A stretch of DNA of 64,000 nt from Botryllus schlosseri (GCA_051294905.1 CM119371.1:10294001-10358000), one strand, 5' to 3'. Counted from the stretch's first letter, positions 1-15,019 are shown. The notes: generated by a model not told the origin, from the sequence alone. Numbers and translations: made by a program.

Positions 1-1100
1 GTGCATGTAGGCAAAAAATCTACTTGGGTATTCTCAAGAAGTACGAGTACTATACTTAACAACTCTGAAAGTTATCGCAGTTTGTGGCATTTGTATGCCA
101 TCGAAATTTGCGTGCTTCTCACTTACCTTATGTTGGTTTTCCTTTTCTATCTACTTTACAAGATTCAGTGTAGAAGTTTAGTGAAAGTGTAAGAGTTTAG
201 CAAAAGCAGTTTTTGATCGTAGCATTTGTCAAGGTGATACAACCGTAACCTTAAACTACTTTAAAATATAAAGTCCTAAAAGTAGGTAGTTTCTCCTGAA
301 AAACCGATTAGTAGAAGTGTAAATATCCTAGAAACATAACCACCTGTATCAGTCACTTTTCAATCCCTAATTGTAATAAAATTCCAGCAAAATTGCGAAT
401 CGTTGAGTATCGAACGATAGCCTCTATCCTACTTGCGGAAAATAGGGATTGGTACACGAGTATCAAATTAGAGTAAATTGAGTAAACTTGAGAGGTTATT
501 AGTGATTCTGCTGGAGTTTATATGAAGGGAAGTCCTGATAAAACCTTGATTATTTCAGAAAAGAATAGAGGGCTTCTTTCGATATTTTGATAGTCTCCGT
601 CGTACTGTCGGATGTCATGAAATTGTACACATGCCATCTAGTACTACGGAAAATGTCAAGGCTGGTACTCAATGGTTCTGTTAGTAAATATATGGAATGT
701 GTGGGAATCGAATTGGAGCGTAAAGTATGCTCCTATGGCATAGAGCCCTACGAAATGAGTCCACATACCCCGTAAAATTCCACTCCGAGCGCTGCGGCTT
801 AGCTCAAGCGAACAAGTATTTCGTACTTTAGGTGTCAAATCATCTTTCTTATGATAAATAAGCATAGGAAGAATTAATCAGAAAATTTTATAGAGTACCG
901 TAGGCATCGATATTTTGAGTGAAATGGGCTTTCTTATCTTAAATTGAAACGGAGAGAATAAATCGAAACAATTTGCAGAGTCCCGTAGGCTTCAAGACAT
1001 AGCTCAGGCTGAGATTACAGCCTAATAACGAGGGCATCGAGTGGGATGTTATAGGAAGCAAGACGAATCGATGTAAAAGTGTTGAAACTTAATTACATCT

Positions 1101-2650
1101 GTAATTCCATCACTAAAGTTGATCACGCATAGGTACGTGCTACGCTCCCGCAAACAGATTCCCGCGAAGTTGGTATAGAACTGCGTTAGTTTTAAAGGTG
1201 TTCCATCATGAAATGTGTGATGAAATTTGATATGTTCCATTGTCATACTGTCCTACACCTGTGAACCAATCTTCAAGTTGCGCATTCAATGTTTAGCTCG
1301 GTAATTACGTTATTAAAGTTGAGTATGCATAGGTACGTGCTACGCTCCAGCAAAAGTCGGTATGGAACTGCGTTAGTTTTAAAGTTGTTCAATCATGAAA
1401 TGCGTAACAAAATTTGACATGGTGCATTGTCATAATGTCTTACAACTGCGTACCGAGTTTCAAGGTGGGGAGTCGATTATTAACATGCTAATTCCGTTGT
1501 TGAAGTTGTCAATGTATAGGTACGTGCTACGCTACGGAAAAACAGATTTAGCCAAAAGTTTGTATAGAACTGCGTTGGTTTTAAAGGTGTTACATCATGA
1601 AATGTCTGACGAAATTTGGTATGATGCATTGTTATTATGTCCTACAACTGCGTACCAACGTTCAAGGTGAGAATTTAATGTTTAGCATGCTAATTCTGTT
1701 ATTAAAATTGACTATGTATGGGTATATGCTATGTTCACGAAAAACAGATATGCGTAAAAGTCGGTATTCGACTGCGATAGTTTCAAAGGTGTTCCATCAT
1801 TAGATGTGTGATGAAATTCAGCATGGTGCATTGCCATAATGTCCTACAACTACGTATCAAGTATCGAGTTGGGATTCAATGTTAAGCATGGTAATTCCGT
1901 TATTAAAGTTGGCTATGTATGGGTACGTGCTATACGCTCCCACAAAACAGACGTACGCAAAATGTCGATGTAGAGCCGCGTTAGTTTTAAAGTTGTTCCA
2001 TCCTGAAATGTGTGATGGGATTTGGTATGGCGCATTTTTATAGTCTCCTATAACCGCGTACCAACTTTCATGGTGAGAATTCAATGTTTAACACAGCAAT
2101 TCTGCTATTAAAATTGACTGTGTTTAGGTATATGCTATGTTCACGCAAAACAGATATGCGTAAAAGTCGGTATTTGACTGCGTTAGTTTTAAAGGTGTTC
2201 CATCATTGGATGTGTGATGAAATTTAGCATGGTGCATTGCCATAATGTCCCACAACTACGTATCAAGTTTAGAGTTGGGATTCAATGTTAAGCACGGTAA
2301 TTCCGTTATTAAAGTTGACTATGTATAGGTACGTGCTATACGCCTCCTGCAAAACAGCTGTAGGCAAAAAGTCAAGGTAGAGCCGCGTTAGTTTTAAAGT
2401 TGTTCCATTATGAAATGCGTGAGGAAATTTGGTATGCCGCACCATCACAATGTCCTACAACTACGTATCAAGTTTCAAGGTGGGGAGTCACATATTAGCA
2501 TGGTAATTCTGTTATTAAAGCTGACTATTTATATTTACACTCTACCGAAGACAGATTTAGGTAAAAGTTGCTATAGAACTGCGTTAGTTTTAAAGTTGTT
2601 CCATCATGAAATGTGTGATGAAATTTGGTAGGCTGCATAATCACAATGCC
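1101..2650. repeat. Tandem array of ~8 diverged ~200-bp units (satellite-like) with a dimeric higher-order repeat
   Basis: Anchor (a/g)ggta(c/t)(g/a)tgc recurs at 1131, 1331, 1518, 1720, 1921, 2126, 2327. Each unit carries gttttaaag.tgttccatcatgaaatgtgtgatgaaattt and gtaattccgttattaaagttg. Confidence 0.95.
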
Positions 2651-3693
2651 ATGGAGCTCATTTAGATACGTTTTTTAATGTAGTTACACATTCTAGTTGT
2701 TTTGATGAAGGAAAAAATCATTCGATATCTCGATACAACTAGTTTAACACGCGTTGATGTAACTTTTCTCAATTGTATGCATAGCCTACGCGAAATTGGT
2801 TACCGAATTTTTCGATTAGTTTATATACCGTATTTTATTTAAAACTGAAACTGTTAAGTACTACTTAAAGTGTTATAAAATGTGAAAAAGTGTACAAGTA
2901 GAATTAATATTATGTCATGAATAAGTAGTTTACAAATTCATACGATTTTTCTTGTTGCGTTCCGGGATAAAATGTAATTTTTCGCTCTTTTTTATTTTTT
3001 ATTTTTTCAATAAAATTAGTATTCATTTTACAAAAAACGTCGTGTAAAGGTAAAGTACTTGTACATTTTGTAGTGCTCAAGTATAAGTTTTCATACTATT
3101 ACCTTGATAAAATTTTCAGAATAGAGACTTTTGCGTAAAGTCTGTGTTGCATTTAGTTGCCAGCTCTGAAAGCAAGCAAAGTTTATGGTATTTGCGCAAC
3201 TTCAAAAATCGATAAAGTAGTCTAAAATCTAGTCACTTTTTACGTGTACTTGTACATTTTGGAGTACTCAAGTATAGGTTTGGCCTGCTTGCGCTATACT
3301 TAATGAATGTGTCATAAACACTTGAGTAGTTGGTGCGTGTAGACAACAACCTACTTGAGTACATAATTTTTACTTTTTCATTAAAATTAGTATTCATTTT
3401 ACAAAAACGTCGTGTGAAGGTAAAGTACTTGTACATTTCGGATTACTCAAGTATAGGTTTTTTCAGCTTATTATATGCTCAGTATATTATATGTCAAGAA
3501 TTGTGGAGCATTTTTGAACTTTCCTCTGCATGATCATTAGAGCTTCTATTTTTTGTTGCAGGGCAACTTTGTTGTAGCCGAAAGCGGTATTATCTAGCAA
3601 CAAGGTTTAAATGACTCGCCTCCGGCGTTTATTGATTATTTAATTACCCGTGTTCTCGTCATGCAAAAATTATGCATGTATTAGTATGAAGCT

Positions 3694-3986
3694 CAGATGC
3701 AGCAAAGTGTGTGAGACTGCCTGTAAAAATTGCGGGAATTTACATTTCTCGGCTTATAACAAATAACGACGCTGAAATTCTACTTCAGATGCAGCAAAGT
3801 TAATGCGTCTGTCTATATAAATTGCGCGAAGGTGCATTTCTCGGCTTATAGTGAATAACGACGCTGAAATTCTACTTCAGATATAGCAAATGCGGCAAAT
3901 CTGCGCGAATAGCTGCATAAATTGCGAAAAGGTGCGACTCTAATTTTTAGGCTTTATTGCAAATACCGATGCTGAAATTGTACTTA
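3694..3986. repeat. Three copies of a 92-bp tandem unit
   Basis: cagat(g/a)(c/t)agcaaa at 3694, 3786, 3878; units share ggcttat...aata.cga.gctgaaatt.tactt. Confidence 0.9.
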
Positions 3987-5195
3987 TGTCACCGGACACT
4001 ATCGATGAAATTCACATAAAATCATGCGTAGTTGATCGCGCGAAATGTACGTATAATTTTAATATATAACAATAAAACCGCGAGTGTAAAATAAATTAAA
4101 AAAGTTCTACTATACAAAATTTTCGGAGTACCGACTATTTTGTGTAAATTCTGTTATGCGCTTAGTTATTCAGTATAACGCTACTCGCAGTATAAGTGTA
4201 ACAGTCTAAAAGTAGTTTTCTATATACCTTACAAAATTGCATAGACTACGCGAAATTGGTTACTGAGGGAGGTAATTTTGTAAATAGCAACAACATAGAT
4301 TTATACCTGTTCCGTATACATAATATTTGTATAACATGATATTTGAAGGCGGAGAACTAACGAAATTGAAAAATAGCAAAACTAAATTGAAAATTTGCGA
4401 AGTCCTACCATGCAGTATTTGAGTTTTACAAATTACCCTCGAAGTGAACCAGCATGTTGGATATTATCGAAAATCCTTCGTTCCAAGCGCTACGGCTGTA
4501 ACGCAGGCGGCGTTTCATTATCGATTTAATCACCCTTATTCTAGTGACATGAAAAGGACTGAATCGTATGAAAGGTGGTGACTACAAGAATCGAGCGAAA
4601 GCGTTGTTTCACACCATTTGGTCGTGCTGGATGCGTTTTTGACGTTAACGCTATTACTGATATATTATGCTCTTTTTTCGAAATAAATGAACATTAATTA
4701 ATTAGTGATGATGCCATTTCTAAATATTTACAGAAGTTTCGTGTATCATATATAGTCTTAAATACACATAAATTGATTCTGCTGAGGAAAGTATCTAAAT
4801 GTGTACCCTCGGAAATCGTATTCCCATAAACCACGCCTAGTTCAACGTTGATTAGTGTCATTTCTCTAGTGTTCTCGTGAACATAGACAGCCTTAAATAC
4901 ACATACAATCATGCAAAGTTGATCATGCGAAATGTGCGTAGAATTTTAATATATCATCATAAAATCGCGCCTAGTTCAACATCGATCAGTGTTATCTGAG
5001 AGGTCATATATTATCCGCAAAAATACAAAGTCCTAAATACACATAATGGGATACCTGGCGAATATATTCTTGTATAGACATCATAGTTTTCGAAATTTAT
5101 GTATAATCTGAATGTTATTTTTCTCTCGAAAGCATGTTATTATTAGGTTTCGGAATTTAATCACTTTTACAAAATGTACCCTTAGGGTATGAAAA

Positions 5196-5265
5196 GGGGC
5201 GTGGCAATTAGGATGACGTGGCGTTCTCTGATTGGACGGCGTATAAAGTCGCTACCCTCACTACT
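5196..5265 (+). promoter_or_regulatory. Compact cluster of GC-box, CRE/ATF-like, inverted CCAAT and TATA motifs, ending in ACTACT
   Basis: GGGGCGTGG 5196-5204, TGACGTGG 5214-5221, CTGATTGG 5228-5235, TATAAA 5242-5247, ACTACT 5260-5265. No downstream gene identified. Confidence 0.45.
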
Positions 5266-7034
5266 CCGATCTGAGAATACTTTTTAGACTCGATTTCACA
5301 AAACCGATAAATATTTCTCGCTTAGCGCGGTCATATTAGGTATAAGAGATCCGCGCAACTCGTACGCGAAATATCAAGCGGTATAAACGTATCCAATAGT
5401 CAATCACTGAATAAATCTGGTATTCTTGGCCAACCGCGTATGAAGGACACTGGCGATTTCTATGCTGTAGAGTGTAGATTGTACATCTTAGGTGGTACGT
5501 GAACGCTGTATAAAACATTAAAAAATGGAACACGGGTAACCAAAGTTTGGGCAGCACTATATCTAAGGTTGCACTTAAAACAAAAATGAATTCATGGGCC
5601 TTGTTTAGAAGATTTATTTTTTGATTCATGAAACCTTAATTATGGCGTCACAGTGCATTGGCATTGCCAATTGAAACTGTAGGGTAAATATGGGGTAAAT
5701 ATCACACCTTACGGGGGTATGTACCGATGTGGTGACCATGTATGGCTACACCTACGCATTTTTCTATACCACCTTCCAGACTAACCAACACGCAAAATGG
5801 CGAATAGATGCAATTTTTGAAAGATATTCCGTTACCGTGATACAGGTTTTTCGTTCAGTTTTTATGACAATTTCACTGGTAAAAGTGATACAGACTTATC
5901 TTAAACTACGCCATACTTTGCAAAGTACAAGGTTTCTCATGTAAATAGCGTCGCTGGAAAAACTGTTAAGTAGAAGTAATGCAGAGACGTAGCCAGTAAA
6001 GCAAGTCAGATTGAGAACGTCGAAAAGTAGAAGTAGGCTACTTTGCTACTGTCCAACTTCGAACACGTAGGGGTGGCTGTTGGAATAAGGTTAAGGAAGA
6101 GCCTCCATTTACCCATGATGTCTAGTCTATGCGGTCGTCGGTAAGTGCCAATGGTCGACAACTAGTGGCATAATCCTCATATATTCTGTGCTTTTTGCGT
6201 TGTCTGATAGAGAAGCATTTCTTCAACCGATGAGACCAAAACACGTATAAATATGCATTAAGAATTACTGATTAGTAAATGAGCTATCAAGGGTTGGAGA
6301 TGGAATCTGAATTTCACAGGAGGTGGGTTTGAGTTTGAAACGGGACGGCTTCTGACGCGCAAGACCCTGGCAACGTTAATGTTAGTAGTGATGGTTGGAA
6401 CAACATCACACCACAGAACACATGTATCACGTTTCATGACAAACGACGATACGTCATGTTCTCCAGTTGTTGCTCTACAACAATATTTCAAGTAAAATTC
6501 GCAAATAAAACTAGAACTGCTTTCCAAACTATGCAACCAGAACTAGTCAAAACCACTTGTTGGTTTACCGTGACATAACTAGATCTACAGTTTGTACAAG
6601 TCTGCTGTGGCCAATTCATAACTCATACACTGAAAACGACTGCACTGTAGTTTGTCAGCATAAATCAGATACAACTGTTCCGCGTTTGTTCTTGCTCTGA
6701 CAGCGTCAACGAATGTATAACGACATTTGCATCTTTCACACGTATTCATCGAATAAGTGACCGCCATATGTTGTACGAGTCTTAAAAATTTACACCGAAG
6801 GTACGCAATATTATGTAGCATGATAGTGACAGGCTTGTAGTAAAATAAGAACAATGTTCACGACTAGCAGTGAGATCTGCATAACAAGGTTCCGCTATAC
6901 CAATGCCTCTCGACGGATTTAAGCAGTGCCCGTTTATTTGAGAGAATGTAGTAGTTCATTTCGACGCCTTCCCATCTTACAATTCTATCACAAACATCTG
7001 CAGTTCAGAAATGATTAATTACCGGAACCGCTCA

Positions 7035-8573
<1,539 letters not shown>

Positions 8574-9799
8574 CTTTCAAGTTCAAAGTGTTACGAACAA
8601 ATTTAGAACAAATATAATAAACTCTATTCAGCTTAGCTCATGACAATATGTCCATAACTGCCATGTATGATAGTGTGAAACTAATCAAAACAAAGATTTT
8701 CATCAGATTGTATTGCAATTGCCATACAATATTGTACTACATACAAAAATATCAACAGCACAAAATTTACTGTTCTCATGATAGTTTCGACTCATTCGAC
8801 ACCTTCCTAACTTTTCATTGTATCGCAATTTTGTGGTGTATTGAACTGATAATAATTGCTAATAAACTGGACCGAACAACAGTTCGCGTGAGTTTTTTGA
8901 CAGCTTCAACGAATGCACAACGATAGTTGCCTCTTTTACGTGTATTCATCAGATAAGTATGACCGCAATAGATTAAAGAATTCTCACAAATGAGCACCAT
9001 TATACGTAGGCCTATACAGCATGTTAGCGAGAGGCATGTAGTAAAATACGTTCAATGTTCAAGACAAGCACTGGACACAGAGATCGGCAAAATAATTTGG
9101 TGTGTACGACACGCACATGTATCGTTGCACAAATCCGTTTCGACGGAGCGTTCGATTTGTGGTTGCTGCCCCCAATTTGCCGAATGGTTACGTGTAAGGC
9201 TGACCACAATGATTCGAGCAATCAAATATGAATAGAACGAGTCAAGTAGTGAGAGACGAATTTTCTGTGCCCTGTGACGAGGCGTTTTCCAATATGGAAG
9301 GTTGTGAATCTTGGTCGTATCGCTGCATACGAAACATGCAGTACCAAGCTGGGGATTGGAATCGCTCAGATGTACTACAAAAACCGTCATTCATGAGGCA
9401 CACACCATTCCAACTTTGTATTTCTTAACCGAGAATCATCCGAATCACTTTTCTAAGCAGTTTGCATGTGTACGGATGGGCTCAGATTGCAAGGACAATG
9501 TTATATTAAAAACGAAATTGCATAGTGACGACAGGCATCACACGCTAACATGGGTATGCGTCGACCGCCGCATAATTATAATTACGGTTTTACGGCTGAA
9601 TTTGGTCGTACCTCCACAGGTTGGCCAACCCTGGTCAAATAGACGTAAGAATTAACAAGAGCATCTAGCACAGTGCTTCTCAAACCCGACAATGAGCCCC
9701 CTGGTTACGCCTCTGCACTTATGCAGACTGCGGACTGGGCTATTTATAACCATCTGGCAAGGGCCAATTCCAAATGTCTGAGCTATCGCGGCGGTTTCA

Positions 9800-10000
9800 T
9801 CGAGAAACATCGAGACTGCAGTTAATGCAAGCTGAACACACGTTAACTCCATCCTATTCTACTCCAAGAGGAACCAATATGTCCTCTTACCAGTACCAAC
9901 GGTTAGATGATGACGAGAAACATTTGCTGATGACATCCCAAAAGAACTGTAAACATTGTACGATATTGCACATACGGTCATACTGTTCTGAAGCATGAAC
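9800..10000 (-). pseudogene. Degenerate ZAD/zf-AD-like exon upstream of the zinc-finger array
   Basis: After an AG acceptor at 10001-10002: VHASEQYDRMCNIVQC...W*EDILVPLGVE*DGVNVCSACINCSLD; two Cys clusters about 40 aa apart with in-frame stops. Confidence 0.35.
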
Positions 10001-10118
10001 CTGCATATTTATTGTGACAGGTAGTTACAATGTAATGCGTATCTGATACACCCCAGTACGATTGGCACACCCTTTGAACCAGGAGTGGTCAACCTTTTCG
10101 GCCAAAACGACACATGAG

Positions 10119-11959
10119 CAATGTTCCCTCTAATATTTCACGAGTCTGCGCAAACACGTTAACTCACTGGGCAGGCCCTTGGACAATAGTGCGCAACCAG
10201 CCCCCCACACAAGGTGATAAGCCGAACCCCCAGACCCCCTATCGGGCTTTCCGCTTTTTGCTGATACTTATTATCTACATCGGGGGCCGGTTGTGTGATT
10301 GTCGCGCCTGAACGCGCCAAGCGCGAAAATTTTATATGATTCATGATTGAATCGGTCAATATGATCGGGAATTGCATAAATGCTGCATTGCTATCCATTT
10401 TATCCTCTTTCTGCTCACATAATCAGATTTACCGGTAAAGCTGATCGAGTGAGATGTGTTAAAGGTAGGTCCTCTAAATATTAATTCAACATCTTCGCGC
10501 GCACCCGTTGGTAAATGACTTCATTATATGATGCTATTTCGTGACCTCCTATCGGCTATGTCAAAAGACATGGAAATCGTTCAAACGTACTAAACTAAAA
10601 CACGAACACGATATAAAATTGGCATTTCTCTACTGGCAAATAATGTTCCCTCGACATGGCATTTGTCTTGTTGTGGGACTTGGATCGCCAGCACATGAAC
10701 ATTCAGCGCCAGCCATTTACGCGCCTATGGACAATTAAACTTATATGTATATGAATCGAAGTTTTCGGTCAGCATGTAGGGCAGTCCTTTTCGGCCAAGG
10801 TTTTATCGCTATGCTGATCGTTTTGGCGCACTTCTCGGAGTCGCATGTCACATAGCCTATAACTTCATATGTCTTGGTGCGTCGTGGCAAGGTAATGGCC
10901 GACGCCCAAGTGCCCATTTCTCTTAATCACGCGTATTTTTTGTTGTGGGAAGGGTACCCAATAATCAAGATAGTTGACAAAATTAATTCGCAATTGAAAA
11001 ATTCCCAAAAAATACACCATGATTTATGTTAATTCACGAAATAATTTTGGGCTCCCTTCGATCTCGGCCTCCTAATTGAGGGTTTGGGTGTGGCAGTTAC
11101 GGTCCTGAGGAAATCTTACGCAACGTTCATGACACGCGGAGAAGACTATGCGCTAGTTTCTCACAGATTAACTTAGAGAGCCGGCCCATTGTTATTTATG
11201 ACTTTGTTAAACCATGTTAGTTCGCCATTCCCAGAAAATAATGCGCTATTGAAATGATATCAGTATCGCTCACGCGTACGAGACCGCACTAAAAGAAAAT
11301 AATTTTCGGACCGACAAGATAGCGTAATGGTTAAGCGTCCGGCTTCTTGATCGGTAGGTCGTGGGTTCGATTCCCGGCCGGGTCAGACCAAAGACCTGAT
11401 TAGTAACGCTGGTATCCATGGCTTCCCTGCTTGGCTCTCATGCATTACTGGGATAGCTGGATTACTGGGATAGGGAGGGGTGGTGGTGCATGACTTAGAA
11501 AGCCGTAAAGGCTATATCTGCACTTCCTTGTCCAGCTGCATATATGCACATCATGCACTCATGGTATGCATATGCGCAGATCTCGTGTATGTGTATCATG
11601 AGTCGGTGTATATGCCGCAAAAACATCAAGGACAAAAATAAACCACGTCTTTTATTCCTTTCCTTTCCCTAGGCGCTCGTGATTGCAAAGTCTCATTTCT
11701 TCACGGAGCGCAATATTTTCCTTTGCGGACCGCACTTGTACCTCGGTGAAAGACTTCAGCGATAACACTATTTGCCCCTGGCAATGTTCCCTCTAATTTT
11801 TCACGAGTCTGCGCGCCTGCGTGGTCCCTTGGACAACAGTGCGCAACGACTTGAAAAAACATCACTTCGGATTTTTTGTGCGCAACTTAGATTTTCTGTG
11901 CGCAGAGACCGCTTCAGCACTGCGCATTTGCGCACGTGCGCAGCTTAGAGGGAACATTG
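10119..11959. mobile_element. Non-autonomous hAT-type element with 8-bp TSD, carrying nested repeats and a SINE
   Basis: TIR caatgttccctcta / tagagggaacattg; TSD cacatgag at 10111-10118 and 11960-11967. Confidence 0.9.
11313..11669 (+). mobile_element. tRNA-derived SINE (MetaSINE-like core), copy 1
   Basis: A-box-like tagcgtaatgg, B-box ggttcgattcc, core ccgggtcagaccaaagac...ttccctgcttgg, (ttcct)n tail; highly similar to 20201-20533. Confidence 0.9.
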
Positions 11960-14900
11960 CACATGAGATTTGTGAACCATTGCGAGGGCCACTTGAATGT
12001 TGATGACATCTTTTAGTCGTCCAATAGGAGTGAACCAGATTAGGAACCGGTGTAAACAATATTTATCTTACTACCCATCAACATCAACAACAACTAGGTC
12101 ATGAAAACTCAGTGTGCAGGAGGCGCAAAAATTTTTCAAAGTTTATTAATAGATTCGTTCAATAATATTGTTACTTGCATATATTAGGTGTAGCCTCCGT
12201 ATACTTCTGGGCTCATTAGACAAGGTCAGAATTATTGGCCCTTGGACTTATCACTATCGAAGATTTTGCAAACATGCATTTATAATTTTGTATAATGGTT
12301 TCATCGCCGACGATCTTTTTCCGAGTACAGACGCGAAGTCTGATGTTGGACGACACGGTCTCTCATAATTGGATATACAGCTAGACTCATTTCCGTAAAT
12401 GTAGAGTATTTTTAATTTTCAGGAGGAGGTAGCAATACTAAGAGTAAGAAATCGAGTGACAATCAATCGATCGAAGTGCTTAGAATAAATTCAAGTCGAA
12501 TAAATCTGCCACGAAATATTCTACTTCATGGTTATATATGTAGATTTACGAAAAATGTGGCGTTGCCAAAGCGTCGGAACTGATATTTTAGTCATCAACA
12601 TCCTAAATTTCGTGGTCAGGTTAATCAAATTTTTGGTTGGCCTTGCAAGCTCATAATAAATTATGTGGATAATTCATTTTAAATTGAAGTAATTTCAAGA
12701 ATTACCTCACGGGCACCGTTTCCTTTAAGCTGCTCATGAACGCGGCCGCGCACTGCTTTTGAAGTCGCCGCGCACGTACAAACGTCAGCCTCGCACAAGA
12801 AAGCCGAAAGGGGGACCTTTTATTAGACGTTACCCTTTGTTGCCTTAGGGACTGCGCAGTGAGTTGGTGAGTGCGCGCGGATTCGTGAAAAATTAGAGGG
12901 AACATTGCTCGCGGGTCACTCAAAACCTTCTCGAGGGTCATATTTGGCCCACGGGCCACGAATCAACTATCAACCTAAGTATTAGGAAACAGCTTGGCAT
13001 TTTACCCTTTATAAACTTCACATACCCATAATAAAATATGCAAGCCTTTGAGAAACTTCAAATTTTCGCAAACTCACAAAAAAACAAAGTTCTATCACAA
13101 TACACGTCTAATCCATTACTACCAAATACTTGTGTATAAAATGAGCTGTGCGGTGTGCATCAACAACAGTGTTAGAAGGCAAAAACTATTACAACATGAT
13201 TTTGACTTGCAGCAAAAAGATGATGATGAATATTTACTGCAAATCTTGCTGAATTCTGCTGTATGAGTCAGTTGCATGTCTTAACCTTCAGGTTTGGTTC
13301 TAGATTTGAAATTTCCAAACAAATACACAAATTTACTTCAAATGGTGTTCATTATGAGAGTCATCGCGTACATTTGGCTTTCATTACCACATGCTCCTTC
13401 ATAACAGTGACATTATACAAAGTGTGTCAATTGAGTAATTGATCATACTAACTACCATACAAATCTTTAAATCTCAGTTCCAAAAGGCATATTGCATCTT
13501 GATTTCATAGGGAAATATCTACCGAGCTTTCTGCTATTTCGGAAAATACCTCCAACTACAAATATCAAAATTTCAGCTTTTTCAAATTAGACTAGAAGCA
13601 GAATTATAGCTGTCAGTTTTTTCTAAATTAGAATAGAATTAGATTTTTTGCCACATTTTTTTCAATCAAATTAGGGAATAATTAGAAGGATCGCTACACA
13701 GTTTTTCCCAAATTAGATTAGAATTAGTATTATTGAATCTGCGAAAACTTGAACATAAACTCAGGCTCATTTCATGGCAATTCATAGTTCATTCACATAA
13801 GTATGATAATGGCAACTGGCTGTACACCAAAATTAATTCGTTTCTGCTAGCATTTTCAGGGAACCAGAAATTACATTAGAATTAAAATTAGAGCATAGAA
13901 ACATTACACAAGTTAGATTGGAATTGGATTAATCGCTTAGTCTAGTCAGACAACTAGAATTATCTAGTGGTTCAAGTGTGCTGTAGCGCTGATAAGCAAG
14001 CTGTCACCCAGGTATCGGTCTACCTTACAAGTCGAGGTTAAGACTCGCTGTGAATGTATTTGCATTTTAATTCAATATTGTTACAATAATGGTATTGTCA
14101 GCTTGAAAAATACCATCAAATTAGACTGATTCAATATAAGGATCTGTTTGTATTTTGATAGAAATTCTGCTTACAGTTACAATAATAGCTGATTGTGTTA
14201 CTTGCAACAAATCCAATCACCGGCATATGGCAGTAATAATAAAACTCTTGGTATCAGAGTGCGTATGATTACAGTATTTGAAACCATCATCTCTCATCAC
14301 TGGACTTAAATCATTGCGATTGATGTTCGATTAAGATTCCAGTACTCGAGTGATTGTGACCAAACGCACTTGCTACATTAACTAACTGCGAGAGCACACA
14401 ATAGAACACTGGCATCACATTTTCAGTGTAAAATAACATCACATGTTTCGAGTTCTAGTTCCGGTTGTAGGCTATGTTCGCAGGCGCCGCTATATTTTTA
14501 AATGCACAACCAGAACTAGAACTGCTCCCTATTTAATCTCATGAACTAGAACTACTTGAAAAACAGTATCCAGTTGTTGATCATCAACTAACTAATCACT
14601 GAGGTCGTGGCGAAGTTACAGCATGAAGATATCACAGACGCGATTCTACAATCCTGACAGCTTGAATCATACAAGGCATTATTATTCCAATATAAAACAT
14701 ACCACATACTAAGCTATCTGGATAAGCCTGACTAGTTCTGACCGAGAATGTACCATTATACTCACCTACCAATATAAGTGCTACTGGTATTACTACACGC
14801 GCGCTTTCGTATTGCTTTCGGAAGTGCCGCATATCAAGTTACAATCCGGCACAAACTACAGAAACACCTCCAAGACACCCACGGACTACGTATTACAGCA

Positions 14901-15019
14901 GATGTGTTTCGACATGAATGTAGACCAGTGGTTCCCAACCTTTTTCGACTCATCGCCCCCTTTTGAAGCTTCACACCGATCATCGCCCCCCAAATATTGG
15001 GGAAACTAAAAACAGCACT

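Larger units (their letters stand above)
10080..12965. mobile_element. Charlie/Buster-type non-autonomous hAT (family also at 28544-29241, 35746-36632 reversed, and from 63873), interrupted by insertions
   Basis: Starts caggagtggtcaacc; ends with ...gcgggtcactcaaaaccttctcgagggtcatatttggcccacgggcc, matching the other copies. Confidence 0.7.

Noticed and set aside
1101..2650. CRISPR-like array or coding repeat (ORFs 1395-1670, 1597-1803, 2410-2631)
   Set aside because: Whole units are homologous with no unique spacers and no cas genes; unit lengths do not preserve frame.
8800..10000. KDZ/HMGXB3-like transposase remnant
   Set aside because: Only superficial Cys-motif resemblance; no catalytic motifs recoverable in order.
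11313..11385. tRNA genes at SINE heads (also 20201, 39539, 40993, 61982)
   Set aside because: A/B boxes run directly into shared SINE bodies and tails; no clean cloverleaf or terminator.
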